Assembly: GCA_034520965.1 (NCBI GenBank)
Contig: JAXHMY010000009.1
Coordinates: 64,001 to 128,000 of the forward strand
Source of the DNA: Spirochaetia bacterium
GTDB lineage: Bacteria > Spirochaetota > Spirochaetia > DSM-16054 > Sediminispirochaetaceae
Reading direction: 5' to 3'
DNA length: 64,000 nucleotides
Shown: in pieces, positions 1 through 9,139 of the stretch
Position numbering within the stretch: position 1 is the stretch's first letter
Layout: each line of letters opens with the position of its first letter
Made by a program: the position numbers and the translations under genes
The notes under the pieces: generated by a model
What the model saw: only the letters and a program-made list of their open reading frames with translations
What the model was told of the DNA's origin: nothing
The model's database searches: none

Positions 1-1344
1 CTTCCAGTTGATCAACTCGCGGCCCCGTTTTACACAGTAGTCGAGTTTGCAGCTTTCGACGATCATTTCGACCCCTTCAGTCCCTTCGCCCATGATCCTG
101 AATATCTCGCTGGTCTCACCTTCGGCGATCATGTTTTTTTCCCGGAGTTCCACCGGGTCCATCCCCAATTTATGGGCCAGCTCGTCCATGGCCGACTCCA
201 GGGCGAAGTTACCCTGAACGGCCCCGTAGCCGCGGTAAGCGCCGGCGGGGATTTTGTTGGTGTATACGATTTTGCCGCCGAACTTCACCGCCTTCACTTT
301 ATTGTAGAGGGGCAGGGATTTAGATCCGCTTACCATAAAGACGGTCAGGGCGTGCTCGCCGTAGGCGCCGGTGTTGGAGAGGACGTGCATGTCGATGGCG
401 TTGATTTTTCCTTCCCCGGTCGCGCCGATGCGCACATCGAGGCGCATCTGATGGCTGGTGAAGCTGGCCTCGAAAACCTCGCGGCGGCTCATGACCACCT
501 TGGCCGGTTTCCCCGTCTTGAGGGTTATCAGGGCGGCGTAAGGTTCCACGTGCACATGCTGTTTTCCTCCGAAGCCTCCGCCGATGCGTGGCTTTTGCAC
601 CCGGATTTTACGCAGCGGCATGTCCAGGGCTTGCCCCATCAGGCGCCGAGTGTGAAAGGGGTTCTGGGTGGAGGTGACGACATTGAGACGTCCGTGCAGA
701 TCCAGGTAGGTGAAGGCGGCGTGGGGTTCCAGGGCGACATGGGCCTGGGCCTGGGTGTAGTAGGAAGAGGCGACCTGTACCTCGCTCTCCCGGAGCTCTT
801 CTTCCACATCGCCGATCTCCATCGCGTAGGCGGCGGCGATATTACGTTTCGGTTCAAACCCAGTGGGAAACATATCGTGGATCTCCGGTTCCGGGTGAAT
901 GATTGTTTCGTTGTCCGCTGCTTTTTCAAAATCCAAAACCGCTTCCAAAACCTCGTATTCCACCTTGATAAGTTCAGTGGCTTTGCGGGCCGTTTCTTCG
1001 TCTACCGCGGCCACCGCAACGACTTCGTCACCCACATACCGCACGTATTCGTCGAAAATAAACTTATCGTGGGGGCTGGGCTCAGGGTGTCCCTGTCCGG
1101 CCCGGGTATAGGGTATACGCTTTACGTCTTTGTGGCTTATTACACACTCCACTCCGGGCAGTTTCAAAGCCTCGGAGGCGTCGATGGATACTATTCTGGC
1201 GTGGGCGTGGGGGCTGCGGATCAGCTTGACGATTAGCGCGTCCCCGGGGGCGAGGTCGTCGGTGTAGGCCGGCCGTCCCTGCACCAGCCCCTTGCCGTCT
1301 ATTTTTTGTCGATCTTTTTTTACTTCCTGAAACTCCTTATGCAT
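1..1344 (-). CDS. Xanthine dehydrogenase family molybdopterin-binding subunit (runs off the window)
   Basis: Manual translation from ATG 1344: MHKEFQEVKKDRQKIDGKGLVQGRPAYTDDL...RSPHAHARI; contains GGGFGGK and AYRGYG motifs; overlaps the stop of the upstream 2Fe-2S gene. Confidence 0.9.
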   Translation of the reverse strand, partial: MHKEFQEVKKDRQKIDGKGLVQGRPAYTDDLAPGDALIVKLIRSPHAHARIVSIDASEALKLPGVECVISHKDVKRIPYTRAGQGHPEPSPHDKFIFDEYVRYVGDEVVAVAAVDEETARKATELIKVEYEVLEAVLDFEKAADNETIIHPEPEIHDMFPTGFEPKRNIAAAYAMEIGDVEEELRESEVQVASSYYTQAQAHVALEPHAAFTYLDLHGRLNVVTSTQNPFHTRRLMGQALDMPLRKIRVQKPRIGGGFGGKQHVHVEPYAALITLKTGKPAKVVMSRREVFEASFTSHQMRLDVRIGATGEGKINAIDMHVLSNTGAYGEHALTVFMVSGSKSLPLYNKVKAVKFGGKIVYTNKIPAGAYRGYGAVQGNFALESAMDELAHKLGMDPVELREKNMIAEGETSEIFRIMGEGTEGVEMIVESCKLDYCVKRGRELINWK

Positions 1345-1792
1345 AGCCGGCCTCCAGATATTTTTTGATAGCCCTCAGCTGCCCCTCGTAGCCGCTGCAG
1401 CGGCAGAGGTTGCCCGCAAGGTAATGTTTTATCTCTTCTTCACTCGGTGCGTTGAGCTCTTTTTTCATCGCCAGCACGGTCAGAGCAAAACCGGGGGCAC
1501 AGAAACCGCACTGATCGGCCCCTTCGTTGACCAGGTATTCGGAAAACTCTTCGACCTCTTCCCGAAGCCCTTTGATGGTGGTGACCTTCCTGCCGTCGGC
1601 CATCGCGGCCAGGAAGGAGCAGGACAGGATAGGTGACTCGTCCAGCAGCACCGAACACACTCCGCAGCTGCCGGTGTCGCAGCCTTTTTTTACCTCGGTG
1701 TAGCCGGCCGCCCGGAGGCTGTCAGCCAGTATCTCCCCGGGTTTAATATCTAATGATTTTTCTTCGCTGTTTATTTCTAGTGTGATTTTCAT
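1337..1792 (-). CDS. (2Fe-2S)-binding subunit, Mo-hydroxylase (CoxS/XdhC type)
   Basis: GCDTGSCGVC, QCGFC and NLCRC motifs. Confidence 0.95.
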   Translation of the reverse strand: MKITLEINSEEKSLDIKPGEILADSLRAAGYTEVKKGCDTGSCGVCSVLLDESPILSCSFLAAMADGRKVTTIKGLREEVEEFSEYLVNEGADQCGFCAPGFALTVLAMKKELNAPSEEEIKHYLAGNLCRCSGYEGQLRAIKKYLEAGYA

Positions 1793-2577
1793 TCCGCAAC
1801 CTCCATGACCGCTCTTTTTACCAAAACCCGGCAGATTTCCCGCCTGTATTCGGCCTCTCCCCGGATATCGCTGCCGAAACTCAGCTCCTCCGCCGCGGCG
1901 CTGCCGGCTTGTTCGGCGCGCTTTGGGTCCGCCGCCTTATCCGCGCCAAGCACGCCTCCAGCGGTTGCGGCCAGCCGGGCTCGGCCCGGCCGCGCCCCGA
2001 CGGCGATCCGCCATCCCTTCGGACCGAACGCCGCGGCGGCGTTGAGAGCGGCAAAATCCCCGGCGCTGTTCCGGACCGATTGAAAGGCCGCATTGGTGCC
2101 GGTGTCGAGGAGAATTTTTTCTACCAGTACCGGTTCCGACGACCTGTTATTGAGAAAATCCTCGAAGTCTACTGTTCCGTCCCGGTACAGTACGACCCTT
2201 GCGGCCATTGCCAGCAGCGTGGTGTTGAGATCAGAAAAACCGTAGCGTCCGGCGACGGTACCACCGACTGTCACGATGTTTCTCATCTGTACTCCCACAA
2301 TATTTCCCAGGGTACGTGGAAAGAGTCCTCCGAAAACTTCTTTTAATTCCGGGGAGGTTTCGAGATCTCGGGCAGTACTCATCGCGCCGATCTCGATAGC
2401 TGTATCGATACGCCGTATAAAACGAAGATCGAGACGAGTAAGATCCATTGCCGTATCGATCTTCCGGGAATTTAGACGCGACCACGTACCGCCGCCCAAG
2501 GGGTAGGCCTGTCTTTCTTTGAGAAGCGTATACGCTTCATCCAGCGAAGCAGGACGCGTATAGTTAATTATTTCCAT
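1789..2577 (-). CDS. FAD-binding subunit, Mo-hydroxylase (CoxM/XdhB/YgfM type)
   Basis: YTRPASLDEA, LGGGT and RNIVTVGG motifs; start MEIINY with GGAGG upstream. Confidence 0.9.
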   Translation of the reverse strand: MEIINYTRPASLDEAYTLLKERQAYPLGGGTWSRLNSRKIDTAMDLTRLDLRFIRRIDTAIEIGAMSTARDLETSPELKEVFGGLFPRTLGNIVGVQMRNIVTVGGTVAGRYGFSDLNTTLLAMAARVVLYRDGTVDFEDFLNNRSSEPVLVEKILLDTGTNAAFQSVRNSAGDFAALNAAAAFGPKGWRIAVGARPGRARLAATAGGVLGADKAADPKRAEQAGSAAAEELSFGSDIRGEAEYRREICRVLVKRAVMEVAE

Positions 2578-2656
2578 GACTCTTCCTCCCCGTTTCAGTG
2601 TATCACTAATTTTATCACATAGTTTTTCAATATGCAAATATGTTCATACAAGAATG

Positions 2657-2685
2657 TTGACAAATATTCGGAGAAACACTACAAT
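2657..2685 (+). promoter_or_regulatory. Sigma70-type promoter for the rightward Mo-hydroxylase operon
   Basis: TTGACA-17bp-TACAAT. Confidence 0.7.
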
Positions 2686-2720
2686 TTTATGAAAGGGTAA
2701 AAATGGCCGAAGGAGGCTGT

Positions 2721-4862
2721 ATGACAAATGAAATAAGTACTCCAGTTGAAAGGGTCGATGCGCGGGCCAAGACCGACGGTACTGCGCGTTATCTTGCCGA
2801 CATGACTTTTGAGGGGATGCTCTACGCCAAAGCGGTGAGATCCGAGCGCGCCCGGGCAAAAATCATCAATGTGGAAGTTCCCAGGCTTCCGAAGGGATAC
2901 TATTATATTGATGCCTCCGACATACCCTCGGAAGGGAAAAATAAAATTGAAATAATCAAGGACGACTGGCCGGTATTTGCCGACAGGGAAGTGCGTTTCA
3001 TCGGTGACACCATCGCCCTTATCGTCGGACCCGACCGGGGGGAGTTAAACCGCCTCTGCCGGGAGGTGAAGGTGGAGTACGAAGATCTGTCTCCGGCACT
3101 CACCCTGGACGAGGCGGAAGAGTTGAAGGGCGGCCCGATTCACGGGCATGATAACGCTTTTGCCGACTATCACCTGAAGAAGGGGGAGCCCGAGGAAGCA
3201 TTCAAAAGGGCGGACCGTATAATTGAGGATGTGGTGAGTACCGGTTACCAGGAGCACATCTATATGGAGCCCCAGGCAGTCGTTGTCCAGCCGCAGAAGG
3301 GGGGAAAGCTGAATGTATATTTTTCGGGACAGTGCCCATTTTATGTCCGGCACGCGGTGGCTGCAACACTGGGCGTAGAGGAAGGTGAAGTCCGGGTACA
3401 ACAGGCGGTTACCGGCGGTGCTTTCGGCGGAAAGGAACACTACCCCGATGTTGTCTCTACCAGTCTGGCCGTGGCGGCACATAAAACAGGCCGTCCGGTG
3501 GGCTACTTTTTCGACCGTGTGGAGGACATTAGTTATACCGTGAAACGGCATCCGAGTCGAACCAGTTTTCGCACTGCCCTCGATGAACGGGGTAATGTCT
3601 TGGCTATGGATATAGATCTTAAACTCAACGCCGGGGCCTACGAGAGCTGCTCCATGGTAGTTCTGCAGCGTTCAATTTTTTCGGTAAACAGTGTCTATGA
3701 TATACCCAACGTGAAGGTCCGCGGCCGGGCTTTTGCTACCAACAATGTGCCCTCCGACGCCTTTCGGGGATTCGGCGCTCCCCAGGGGCTCTATGCCATG
3801 GAGGTGCATATGAGTCATCTGGCCCGGGCGTTGGGGCTCTCCGAATTGGATTTTAAGCGGCGCTATTTGCTAAAAAAGGGCGGGGTGACGATTTCCAACG
3901 GCCATGTTCATGAAGAGGTAAAGCTGCCGGAGATGATAGAGCGGATAGATCGGATGTCCGGGTATCGTCGCAAAATCGAGGAGTTCAAGCCCGGTGGGTG
4001 GCGGGGCATCGGTTTTTCCATGGTAAACCACGGCAGCGGCTTCACCGGCAGTGGTGAGCAGGATATTATCCGCGCGGTGGTAAAAATAAAAAAACGGGCC
4101 GACGGTTATGTGGAGCTTTTCGCTTCAAACGTCGAGATGGGGCAGGGGCCGCTCACCACTTTCCCTAAAATCGCCGCCGCGGTGCTCGGTATACCGGTAG
4201 ATAAAGTTATCTACAACAATCCCGACACCGACTTGGTCCCCGATTCCGGGCCCACTGTCGCCTCCCGCACTATCGCCATAGTCGGCTATTTGGTCCAAGA
4301 GGCGGCCAAGAAATTAAAAGCTCGCTGGAACGAGTCCGGAGAGCCTGTAGTGGAGCAGCACTACGCCCCTCCCTCGTATCTGCGATGGGATCAGGAAAAG
4401 CTCGAAGGCGACGCCTATCCCTCCTACGGATGGGGCATCAAAGTGATCGAGGTAGAGGTCGATCCTCTTACCTACGAGGTGGAGACCAAGGGAATTTGGG
4501 CGGTTCACGATGTGGGGGTGGCTATTGATGAACAGGTGGTGGAAGGACAGGTCGACGGCGGTATTATTCAAGGCCTCGGGTGGGGAAGCTTGGAGAAATT
4601 AGAGGTGAAGGATGGTCGTTTTCTGCAAAGGACCATGGCCGATTACACCATCCCCACCAGTATGGATTTTCCCAAAATAGAGAGCGCCCTGGTGGACAAT
4701 CCCTATGAATATGGCCCTTTTGGAGCAAAGGGGGCCGGCGAGCTGGTTTTTGAGGGCGCCGCGGAGGCCTTTACCTCGGCAGTGCAAATGGCAATAGACC
4801 GGGATATGCAGCGTATACCTGTTACCCCGGAATATATAATGGAGGTATACGAAAATGGCTGA
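2721..4862 (+). CDS. Xanthine dehydrogenase family molybdopterin-binding subunit
   Basis: QEHIYMEP, GGAFGGKE, AFRGFGAPQ, TVASR and GAKGAGE motifs; AGGAGG RBS. Confidence 0.95.
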   Translation: MTNEISTPVERVDARAKTDGTARYLADMTFEGMLYAKAVRSERARAKIINVEVPRLPKGYYYIDASDIPSEGKNKIEIIKDDWPVFADREVRFIGDTIALIVGPDRGELNRLCREVKVEYEDLSPALTLDEAEELKGGPIHGHDNAFADYHLKKGEPEEAFKRADRIIEDVVSTGYQEHIYMEPQAVVVQPQKGGKLNVYFSGQCPFYVRHAVAATLGVEEGEVRVQQAVTGGAFGGKEHYPDVVSTSLAVAAHKTGRPVGYFFDRVEDISYTVKRHPSRTSFRTALDERGNVLAMDIDLKLNAGAYESCSMVVLQRSIFSVNSVYDIPNVKVRGRAFATNNVPSDAFRGFGAPQGLYAMEVHMSHLARALGLSELDFKRRYLLKKGGVTISNGHVHEEVKLPEMIERIDRMSGYRRKIEEFKPGGWRGIGFSMVNHGSGFTGSGEQDIIRAVVKIKKRADGYVELFASNVEMGQGPLTTFPKIAAAVLGIPVDKVIYNNPDTDLVPDSGPTVASRTIAIVGYLVQEAAKKLKARWNESGEPVVEQHYAPPSYLRWDQEKLEGDAYPSYGWGIKVIEVEVDPLTYEVETKGIWAVHDVGVAIDEQVVEGQVDGGIIQGLGWGSLEKLEVKDGRFLQRTMADYTIPTSMDFPKIESALVDNPYEYGPFGAKGAGELVFEGAAEAFTSAVQMAIDRDMQRIPVTPEYIMEVYENG

Positions 4863-5328
4863 AATAACTTTTTCCGTCAATGGAAAAAGCAGAACGATAG
4901 ACACAAACCCCCTGCGAAGACTTCTCGATGTGTTGCGGGAGGACCTCGGGCTGACCGGGGTGAAGGAGGGATGTGCTGAAGGGGAGTGTGGGGCCTGTTC
5001 TGTTCTCAAAGACGGGCTTTTGGTAAACACCTGCATGGTTCCCATCGGTATCTGTGAAGGATCGGAGATATTAACCCCCGAGGGGCTGCGCGAAACTGAT
5101 CGGGGAAAGGCCATCATCGACGCTTATGCCGAAACGGGTGCGGTGCAGTGCGGTTTCTGCACCCCCGGTATGATGATGGCGAGCGAGGCTCTGTTGGATA
5201 AGAATCCTCAGCCTACGGAAGCAGAAGTGCGTGAAGCCTTGTCGGGTAACCTGTGTCGCTGCACAGGCTACGACATGATAATCGAAGGGGTGCTCAAGGC
5301 GGCGGAAGGGGGGAAGGGACTATGGTAG
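4855..5328 (+). CDS. (2Fe-2S)-binding subunit, Mo-hydroxylase
   Basis: GCAEGECGAC, QCGFC and NLCRC motifs. Confidence 0.95.
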   Translation: MAEITFSVNGKSRTIDTNPLRRLLDVLREDLGLTGVKEGCAEGECGACSVLKDGLLVNTCMVPIGICEGSEILTPEGLRETDRGKAIIDAYAETGAVQCGFCTPGMMMASEALLDKNPQPTEAEVREALSGNLCRCTGYDMIIEGVLKAAEGGKGLW

Positions 5329-6170
5329 ATGCATATCGACCGCAGAGCCTTGAAGAAGCTTTACTGCTTCGAAGTGAAACAGGAGCTATTCCCTTCGCCG
5401 GGGGTACCGATTTGATGGTGAAGTACAGGTATGAATCCGGTGCGGTTCCCGAGTACCCCGGGCCGATTCTCTTTCTGCCGCAGCTGAAAGAGCTGCGCGG
5501 CATACGGGTGAGTGAGGAGGAGATACGCATAGGTGCGGGCAGCACCTTGTCGGAAATCCTCCACTCTCCGCAGGTACCGGAACTCTTAAAAGAAGCGGTA
5601 CGGACTATAGCGGCTCCGGGACTGCGAAACACAGCCACCTTGGGAGGGAATATATGTAACGCCTCCCCGGCGGCAGACGGGGTCTGTGCATTGTACGCTC
5701 TGAACGCGCGGGCCAGGGTTGCCTCGGCCGGTTCTGAGCGGGAATTGCCGCTTTACGATTTTATAACCGGGCCCGGCAAAACCATCCTGGGAGAGGATGA
5801 GTTACTTGTCGCGATTATCCTTCCCATGGAACAATTGTCGCTGCATCTTTTTCGAAAAGTAGGAACGAGAAGGGCGAACGCCCTGGCAAAACTCAATATC
5901 GCCGCAACTGCCAAACTGCGCGGAGATCGTGTGGATGAAGTACGGATCGCCCTGGGCGCGGTTGCTCCGGTAGTGCTCCGTTCTCTGGAGTTGGAAAAAC
6001 AGATGGCGGGTCTGACCAAAACTGAGCTGTCGAAAAAACTTGAGTACTTTGTTGAGGGCTACGAGGCGATGATTCGGCCTATTGATGACCAGCGATCGAC
6101 CGCTGAGTACCGTGGAAAAGTTTCGGTTAAGCTTCTGCGTCAGTTTTTATCCAGCCTGATCGATGCATAG
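5322..6170 (+). CDS. FAD-binding subunit, Mo-hydroxylase
   Basis: AGGTDL, RNTATLGGNICNASPAAD and PIDDQRSTAEYR motifs. Confidence 0.93.
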   Translation: MVDAYRPQSLEEALLLRSETGAIPFAGGTDLMVKYRYESGAVPEYPGPILFLPQLKELRGIRVSEEEIRIGAGSTLSEILHSPQVPELLKEAVRTIAAPGLRNTATLGGNICNASPAADGVCALYALNARARVASAGSERELPLYDFITGPGKTILGEDELLVAIILPMEQLSLHLFRKVGTRRANALAKLNIAATAKLRGDRVDEVRIALGAVAPVVLRSLELEKQMAGLTKTELSKKLEYFVEGYEAMIRPIDDQRSTAEYRGKVSVKLLRQFLSSLIDA

Positions 6171-6195
6171 AAGTATAAAAAGCCGGTATATATAA

Positions 6196-6237
6196 TGGAG
6201 TTAGACGCAAGCGATGAATACATCAAACATCAATATA
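6196..6237. repeat. 42-bp direct repeat, copy 1 (copy 2 at 13378-13419)
   Basis: TGGAGTTAGACGCAAGCGATGAATACATCAAACATCAATATA is identical at both positions. Confidence 0.95.
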
Positions 6238-6250
6238 GCAGGTTATTGCA

Positions 6251-6829
6251 ATGAATGAGGAAAAAACTGAGTGTTGTGATTTAAGTATGATAGTTTCAAC
6301 CTTTTATCATCAATTAAAAAGATATCTAATAGGAAAAATCGGAGATATTCATTTGGCCGAAGATATAGTGCAGGAAGTTATGCTGAAAGTAGTTTCCGCC
6401 CATCGAAAGAGTATATACGTAAAAAATGTAAAGGCCTGGGTGTACCAGATTGCACGCAATACTTTGATAGATCATTACAGGAGAAAAAAGAATACAATAG
6501 AAAACTGCGAAGAATACATTGATGAAATACTGTCTACGCAAAAAGAGGACAATTTCAGCCTAGATGAATACTTGATTCCGATGATAAATTTGCTTCCTGA
6601 AAAATACAGTATGCCTTTATTACTTTTTGATATAAAAAACAAATCACAGAATGAAATTGCCCAAATAATTGATATTTCCCTTTCGGCAACCAAAATGAGG
6701 ATTCAAAGAGCCAGAAAAATGCTATATGGTTTGTTTGTTGAATGTTGTGATATCCAATATACCGAAAACGGATCTTTCTTACATTGTGAAGTAAAAGAAA
6801 CATGTATCCCATTAAGAAATTTGGAATAA
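6251..6829 (+). CDS. sigZ: ECF RNA polymerase sigma factor, SigZ-like
   Basis: AEDIVQEV, WVYQIARNTLIDHYR, KMRIQRAR and the C-terminal ECC typical of SigZ; low GC. Confidence 0.8.
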   Translation: MNEEKTECCDLSMIVSTFYHQLKRYLIGKIGDIHLAEDIVQEVMLKVVSAHRKSIYVKNVKAWVYQIARNTLIDHYRRKKNTIENCEEYIDEILSTQKEDNFSLDEYLIPMINLLPEKYSMPLLLFDIKNKSQNEIAQIIDISLSATKMRIQRARKMLYGLFVECCDIQYTENGSFLHCEVKETCIPLRNLE

Positions 6830-6842
6830 ATTTTTAGAAAAA

Positions 6843-6870
6843 TGTGTCTTTTACGTGCTTCATCTCGTCT
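6843..6870 (+). promoter_or_regulatory. Candidate ECF (SigZ) promoter for the permease
   Basis: TGTGTCTTTT...CGTCT; CGTC is a common ECF -10 element; lies directly downstream of sigZ. Confidence 0.4.
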
Positions 6871-6909
6871 CCCTTATAAAGAAGCTGATTCTACTAATAG
6901 GAGCTATAG

Positions 6910-7806
6910 ATGAACACATTGATTGATACGCTTCAGTATTTTGTCGTAATTACCCTTGAGTTAATAGTCTTGTTTATTGGGATAACCGCAATTGTTGAAT
7001 TTATTCTAATGCATATATCGGAAGAAAAAATGAAAAAACTTCTTTCCGGTAAAGGTTTATGGGGCAATATCATTGGATCCGGACTTGGAAGCGTGACTCC
7101 ATTTTGTGCTTGTTCAACCATACCTATGACAGTTGGATTTCTAAATGCGAAAGTGCCTTTTGGTGCTACAATGTCATTTTTAATAGCTTCACCATTGGTG
7201 AACCCCATTATTATTGGGATGCTGGCGTTTTTCGTTGGTGTCAAAGCGGCAGCCATCTATTTTTTACTTGCTTTTATTCTATCGGTATTTTTTGGCTTCA
7301 TTCTTGAAAAAACTGGATTCAAAAAATATATAAAGAATGTTCGAGTTAAGGGCGACACAAAAATAAACGAACAAACTCCAAAGCAGTTATCATTTAAGTC
7401 AAAAATAAGAATATCATTATTTGCAGGTTGGTCAACATTAAAGCCGGTTCTAATATTTCTACTAATAGGCGTTGCCATAGGCGCAGTGATTTATGGGTAT
7501 ATGCCTGATGATTTTGTATTAAGAATTGCCGGTCCTGGTAATATTTTTGCCGTTCCTGTTGCCGCACTCGTTGGTGTACCGCTTTATATTAGAGCTGAAA
7601 CAGCAATTCCCATAGCGCTTTCTCTTGTAGAGAAAGGAATGGGTATAGGTACTGCCATCGCTTTAATAATAGGCGGTGCAGGTATGGCAATACCCGAGAT
7701 GAGTATGTTGGCAGGTATTTTTAAAATTAAACTTGTAGCTGCAATAGTTACTGTTATTTTTCTTACAGCCGTTATAAGCGGTTTTGTTTTCAATATTATT
7801 TTATAA
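6910..7806 (+). CDS. Permease, ArsP/DUF318 family
   Basis: Multiple TM helices; TPFCACSTIP, FLIASPLVNP and GVPLY motifs. Confidence 0.85.
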   Translation: MNTLIDTLQYFVVITLELIVLFIGITAIVEFILMHISEEKMKKLLSGKGLWGNIIGSGLGSVTPFCACSTIPMTVGFLNAKVPFGATMSFLIASPLVNPIIIGMLAFFVGVKAAAIYFLLAFILSVFFGFILEKTGFKKYIKNVRVKGDTKINEQTPKQLSFKSKIRISLFAGWSTLKPVLIFLLIGVAIGAVIYGYMPDDFVLRIAGPGNIFAVPVAALVGVPLYIRAETAIPIALSLVEKGMGIGTAIALIIGGAGMAIPEMSMLAGIFKIKLVAAIVTVIFLTAVISGFVFNIIL

Positions 7807-7824
7807 CTTACAAAGGAGGCAGTT

Positions 7825-8013
7825 ATGACAGATAAAGATAAAAAGGGCTTATTCACCAGATTGTTTTCTGAAAGACCAAAGAAAGGAGGTTGTTGTAATA
7901 TCCAGTTTGAAGAGATTTCTGATGAAAATTACATATCAGAAAATCAAAAGAATAAGAACTCTGCGAAGATAGAAGATAAAGCAGACATTACAAACAAAAA
8001 AAAAGAGCAATGA
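7825..8013 (+). CDS. Small Cys-Cys (GGCC) hypothetical protein
   Basis: Strong AGGAGG RBS; KKGGCCNIQFEE. Confidence 0.6.
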   Translation: MTDKDKKGLFTRLFSERPKKGGCCNIQFEEISDENYISENQKNKNSAKIEDKADITNKKKEQ

Positions 8014-8347
8014 TTCTGTTGTGATTGGCGACAATTATGTGTGCGTGCGTGGTACGCTATGCCGATATCGGCATTTCCGTGAGGGGGTGGAGATCTTCGT
8101 TATTAATCCACTTTCAAGGGCAAAAACATCGGCTCCTGATTTCAAAACCCGTACATGAGTAACACCGGAAACGGAAAGATCCCGCTGAACTGCGCAGCTG
8201 AAGGCAACATGGAATTAGGAAATATATATTTACCTACCCAGGGATCGAACGTGACAGAAACGATTGAACACTGCAGAGCTGCTGATCTCAAAACAACCTT
8301 TCTCCCGCAATCTTACGCGTTTTCACTCATTTTTGCATTTGTATAAC

Positions 8348-8401
8348 TTGACTAATATGATCAAGCTTATTACTATATGTACATGCAAACATGCGCATGT
8401 A
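8348..8401 (+). promoter_or_regulatory. Sigma70 promoter plus palindromic ArsR-type operator of the ars operon
   Basis: TTGACT-17bp-TACTAT (8348-8376) followed by TACATGC-N8-GCATGTA (8380-8401). Confidence 0.7.
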
Positions 8402-8426
8402 TACATACATCTGATATGTCGGGAGA

Positions 8427-8743
8427 ATGAACCAACCATATGCTTTCAACAGCTGATACCCGACTGCGAATTGTACGGCTGCTCCTTGCAGTCGATAGTT
8501 CGGTATGTGTTTGCGAACTGGTTGATGCCCTGGGGCTATCACGGATTAGCGGGCACAGACTCGTTATTGTCTGCGCTCTGGACATTTCTGCGTACCGCGC
8601 CGATGGATACGAAAGAAGAGAAACAGCTCCGGCGAGATCAGAAGGCTTTGGAACTTCGATTGCAGCTGCGCAAGAACGGAATATGTGTTCTAGGACGGCA
8701 CTCTAGGCACCTTCAGAAGTCTGAAGGAAAGAGTAAAACCTGA
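8427..8743 (+). pseudogene. arsR: ArsR/SmtB repressor remnant with internal deletion and frameshift
   Basis: TRLRIVRLL...VCVCELVDALGL, then the recognition helix is missing; a C-terminal-like segment (LRLQLRKNGICVLG) continues in another frame. Confidence 0.7.
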
Positions 8744-8765
8744 CAAGTAAGAAGGAGAGAGTAAT

Positions 8766-9125
8766 ATGAGTAGTGACAAAATTGTTGATTCAAAGGTGGG
8801 AGTCGAAATCTTCGATCCGCCGATGTGTTGTCCTGGAGGTCTTTGCGGACCAGCAATCGATCCGGCACTTCTGGATGTAAACGAAGCGGTGCTCCGGCTC
8901 AAGAAAGAGCATGGAATTGCCGTACAACGGTATCTGCTTCAGCAGCAGGGGCAGAAGTTCATGGAAAACCCGGAGGTTCTCGCGCTCCTCAAGGAGCACG
9001 GAACGGACATTCTGCCGTTGACTGTGGTCAATGGAATAGTTGTAAAGAAACAGGGTTTCCCTACCTACGAGGAGCTGCTCGCCTGGAGCGAAAGCGGCAA
9101 TTCGGCAGGGGTGGAACAGCAATAA
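8766..9125 (+). CDS. arsD: Arsenite metallochaperone ArsD
   Basis: IFDPPMCCPGGLCGP, LPLTVVNG and FPTYEEL motifs. Confidence 0.93.
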   Translation: MSSDKIVDSKVGVEIFDPPMCCPGGLCGPAIDPALLDVNEAVLRLKKEHGIAVQRYLLQQQGQKFMENPEVLALLKEHGTDILPLTVVNGIVVKKQGFPTYEELLAWSESGNSAGVEQQ

Positions 9126-9139
9126 CAGGAGTAGTTAAC

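Noticed and set aside
172..1236. 354-aa plus-strand ORF
   Set aside because: Antisense shadow of the minus-strand Mo-hydroxylase large subunit
8825..9139. 105-aa N-terminal extension of ArsA
   Set aside because: Overlaps arsD in another frame; the RBS and homology support ATG 9140
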